From Clostridia bacterium (lineage in GTDB: Bacteria > Bacillota > Clostridia > JAAYHZ01), in the NCBI GenBank assembly GCA_050950825.1, contig JBMNIH010000003.1, forward strand, positions 224,001-288,000: a stretch of DNA of 64,000 nt, in the 5' to 3' direction. Each line of letters starts with the position of its first letter. The stretch's first letter is position 1. A model generated the notes under the pieces. The model ran no database searches, was not told where the DNA came from, and saw only the letters and a list, made by a program, of their open reading frames with translations. This document shows positions 61,780 to 64,000 of the stretch, in pieces. A program made the translations under genes and the position numbers.

Positions 61780-61893
61780 GCTATTTCTCCTCCTATAGTT
61801 TGCATCTTTTAGAAATAAAATTATATGTAAACCTAGATAACGGCAACACTTTGATAAAGCAGCCATATAATCAAGAAGATCTTGAAGAATATG

Positions 61894-62466
61894 CTATTCC
61901 TCAAATAGGATGTTCCCGTTCTCCATGGATTTTACAATGACGAGAGATTCCACTCGGTAGCCCTTTTCACGCAGCATCTTACCGCCCTTTTGAAATCCCT
62001 TTTCTATGGCGGCACCGATACCGACGACTTGGGCACCGGCTTGCTCGGCTATTTCGATCAATCCCATAGCCGCTTCCCCGTTGGCTAGAAAATCATCAAT
62101 GATCAAGATAGAATCCTCCGCTTTTATATAGCGTTTAGAAACCTTCATGGTATAATCGACGGATCGGGTGTAAGAATAAGCTCTGCTGTTGTACGTATCC
62201 TCGTCCATAGTCAACGAACTGCTTTTTTTGGCGAATATGACCGGAACATTAAAGTATACGGCGGTCATGCAGGCTAGAGATATTCCGGAGGCCTCGACGG
62301 TTAGAATTTTGGTCACGTGGGTGTCGGCAAATCTTTTTTTGAACTCCCGTCCCATGGCATCAAGCAGTCGGATATCCAATTGGTGGTTTAGAAAACTGTC
62401 CACCTTTAAAACACTGCCGTCATAGATGCGGGCATCTTCCAAGATTCTTTTCTTTAACTCTTCCAT
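61894..62466 (-). CDS. xpt: Xanthine phosphoribosyltransferase
   Basis: LKVDSFLNHQ, TVEASGI, IIDDFLANG, EKGFQ. Confidence 0.95.
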   Translation of the reverse strand: MEELKKRILEDARIYDGSVLKVDSFLNHQLDIRLLDAMGREFKKRFADTHVTKILTVEASGISLACMTAVYFNVPVIFAKKSSSLTMDEDTYNSRAYSYTRSVDYTMKVSKRYIKAEDSILIIDDFLANGEAAMGLIEIAEQAGAQVVGIGAAIEKGFQKGGKMLREKGYRVESLVIVKSMENGNILFEE

Positions 62467-62750
62467 GTTACACCTACCCATCCATTCAAATAAACCGGAT
62501 ATACTATATAAAAATAAATAATAAAATGAAAAAGGATTTCAGTTATCATCCTTTTCCAACATCCAAAGCCGGAATCAGCAAAGGATAAACCAAAACCTAG
62601 AATTAATCATACAACCATATTATATATCAAGTCAACGCATAATAAGCAAGATTTCTTAAATTATTTGACGAAAATTTAACTATATGCTCGGGAACACAGG
62701 GTTTTTCCCCGCTTTTAAAATCCTCTTGAACCCGCACGCATCTATGATAT

Positions 62751-63204
62751 CTTGACTTTAACAGTTACGGAATATAAAAACCTTTATAATCCTTTAGAAA
62801 TGCGGATTACAAAGATTTTTTGATTTCAAAACATTGTTGTATATTTTTCTTAGTTATCTTTTAGTACCGACAATAAGACGTATTGCACCGGGTTTTAGAA
62901 AACGTCGATTAAGTACAAAATTCAAGGCATCACCGATATCCTTTAGAAGGAATTATCTTTAACTAAGCAAGCCTGATATTATCTCAAAGACTTAATAATC
63001 TGTTTGGGCGTATAATCCTTTTTAAAACATTTTACCAAGAGTCTTAAAATCAGCGATGCAATGAATCTTGCAAGAAAATGTCATTCTATCCTTTGTTTCA
63101 GTGTAACAAAAACGGGACAGGTTTCAAGATCGCTTTTTATAATCCGAAAACCTTGTTCATTTTCCCTAATTTGCCACATAAGTTTTCTATGTATACAACT
63201 CATT
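62751..63204 (-). mobile_element. Decayed IS1634-family element (transposase C-terminus and right end)
   Basis: Manual translation EQGFRIIKSDLETCPVFVTLKQRIE*HFLARFIASLILRLL...YTPKQIIKSLR; terminal AACTGTTAAAGTCAAG. Confidence 0.7.
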
Positions 63205-64000
63205 AGCGTAAAGTAAGTTTCGGATAATAATCAATGGAAGAATATAACAAATAGAAAGAGGACCCCGATTGTGATATGATTAAATTTCCATACAAAAAAT
63301 CACAAAGGAAGGTGTCCTCTATGTATAAAAGTATACTACATTTTATTGAAAATGGGTTAGTCGAAATTGAAAAAATGATGGGTGATATTCTGGCAGGTAA
63401 AAAAGATGCCGATGATTTGACTGCACTCGTTAATAAAGTTACGTCAACGTTAGCGGTCAGCCTTATAGTGGATTTGTACGAGAAAGCTGATAACGATATA
63501 CGAGAAAGCAGCGTGAGAAAAAAGTATTGGAATGTCGAGCACAGGAACAAAAAGAAAACCATCGTAGATGTCATGGGTAAGGTTGAATTCTGCCGAACCG
63601 GATATTGTGCGAAAGGAACGGGTGAGTATGTATATCTTTTGGATCAGGTGCTCGGATTTGAACCGCACCAGAAGGTAACGCTAGGCGCAGCTGCGAGAGC
63701 CTTGGAAGAAAGTATAGACAGCAGTTACCGCAAAGGCGGAGAGAATGCGAGCATAAAAGCGGAAGAAGGCATTAGCAAACAAGCCGTAATGGATCTGGTA
63801 CATGAGATTGAGGCGGACATGCCGATGCCGGAACCGGAAGGAAAGAAGAAGATAAAAAGGCTTCATGTCATAGCCGATGAAGATCATGTGGCGGCACAGT
63901 TTTGGAATGAAAAGGGCGATTTGAAGCGAGATGCGAGGGGCCATAAGATTAATACCCTGATGCCTAAGCTTGTTTGTGTATTCGAGGACATTATCAATGA
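63205..64000 (+). mobile_element. ISLre2-family insertion sequence, left part
   Basis: End-like sequence AGCGTAAAGTAAGTTT at about 63205 followed by the transposase gene. Confidence 0.75.
63321..64000 (+). CDS. ISLre2-family (UPF0236) transposase, truncated by window edge
   Basis: Manual translation MYKSILHF...GKVEFCRTGY...YVYLLDQVLG...SYRK...ISKQAV...LHVIADEDHV, open to the window end. Confidence 0.85.
   Translation, partial: MYKSILHFIENGLVEIEKMMGDILAGKKDADDLTALVNKVTSTLAVSLIVDLYEKADNDIRESSVRKKYWNVEHRNKKKTIVDVMGKVEFCRTGYCAKGTGEYVYLLDQVLGFEPHQKVTLGAAARALEESIDSSYRKGGENASIKAEEGISKQAVMDLVHEIEADMPMPEPEGKKKIKRLHVIADEDHVAAQFWNEKGDLKRDARGHKINTLMPKLVCVFEDIIN

Noticed and set aside
61780-61893. Purine riboswitch between xpt and the BMP gene
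   Set aside because: No conserved aptamer core or terminator visible.
63203-63944. Minus-strand ORFs at the right edge
   Set aside because: Antisense shadows of the ISLre2 transposase.
1-64000. CRISPR arrays, tRNA, rRNA, prophage
   Set aside because: No repeat-spacer periodicity, cloverleaf, rRNA signature or phage gene recognised by eye.

Overview
64 kb of a moderate-GC, spore-forming Firmicute (Clostridia-like) chromosome, mostly housekeeping and metabolic genes. Mobile elements sit at both edges: a class IIC group II intron inserted just after an intrinsic terminator (left), and an ISLre2-family IS next to a decayed IS1634 remnant (right). Other content includes a 6S RNA, a split NHEJ operon (Ku, ligase, polymerase), a GH38 mannosidase, an AT-rich RloA/RloB (AbiL-like) defence pair, feoAB, a sulfur/amino-acid cluster (cysE, carA, a carB-dapF fusion, rrf2, mnmA, rrf2, cysK, metA), a two-component system with ABC exporter, an L-arabinoside cluster (GH127, ThuA, Gfo/Idh/MocA, araB), a 2-oxoacid:ferredoxin oxidoreductase operon and an xpt-nucleoside ABC-deoC operon. 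The most interesting signals are not in the ORF track: a Cys-Arg-Cys leader-like frame running into a terminator before the cysteine genes, an MgtL-like Pro leader crossing a terminator before a CNNM/CorC gene, and an RBS-AUG-UAA start-stop element inside a terminator in the carA leader. No tRNA, rRNA or CRISPR array was recognised. All calls come from reading the sequence; no searches were run.
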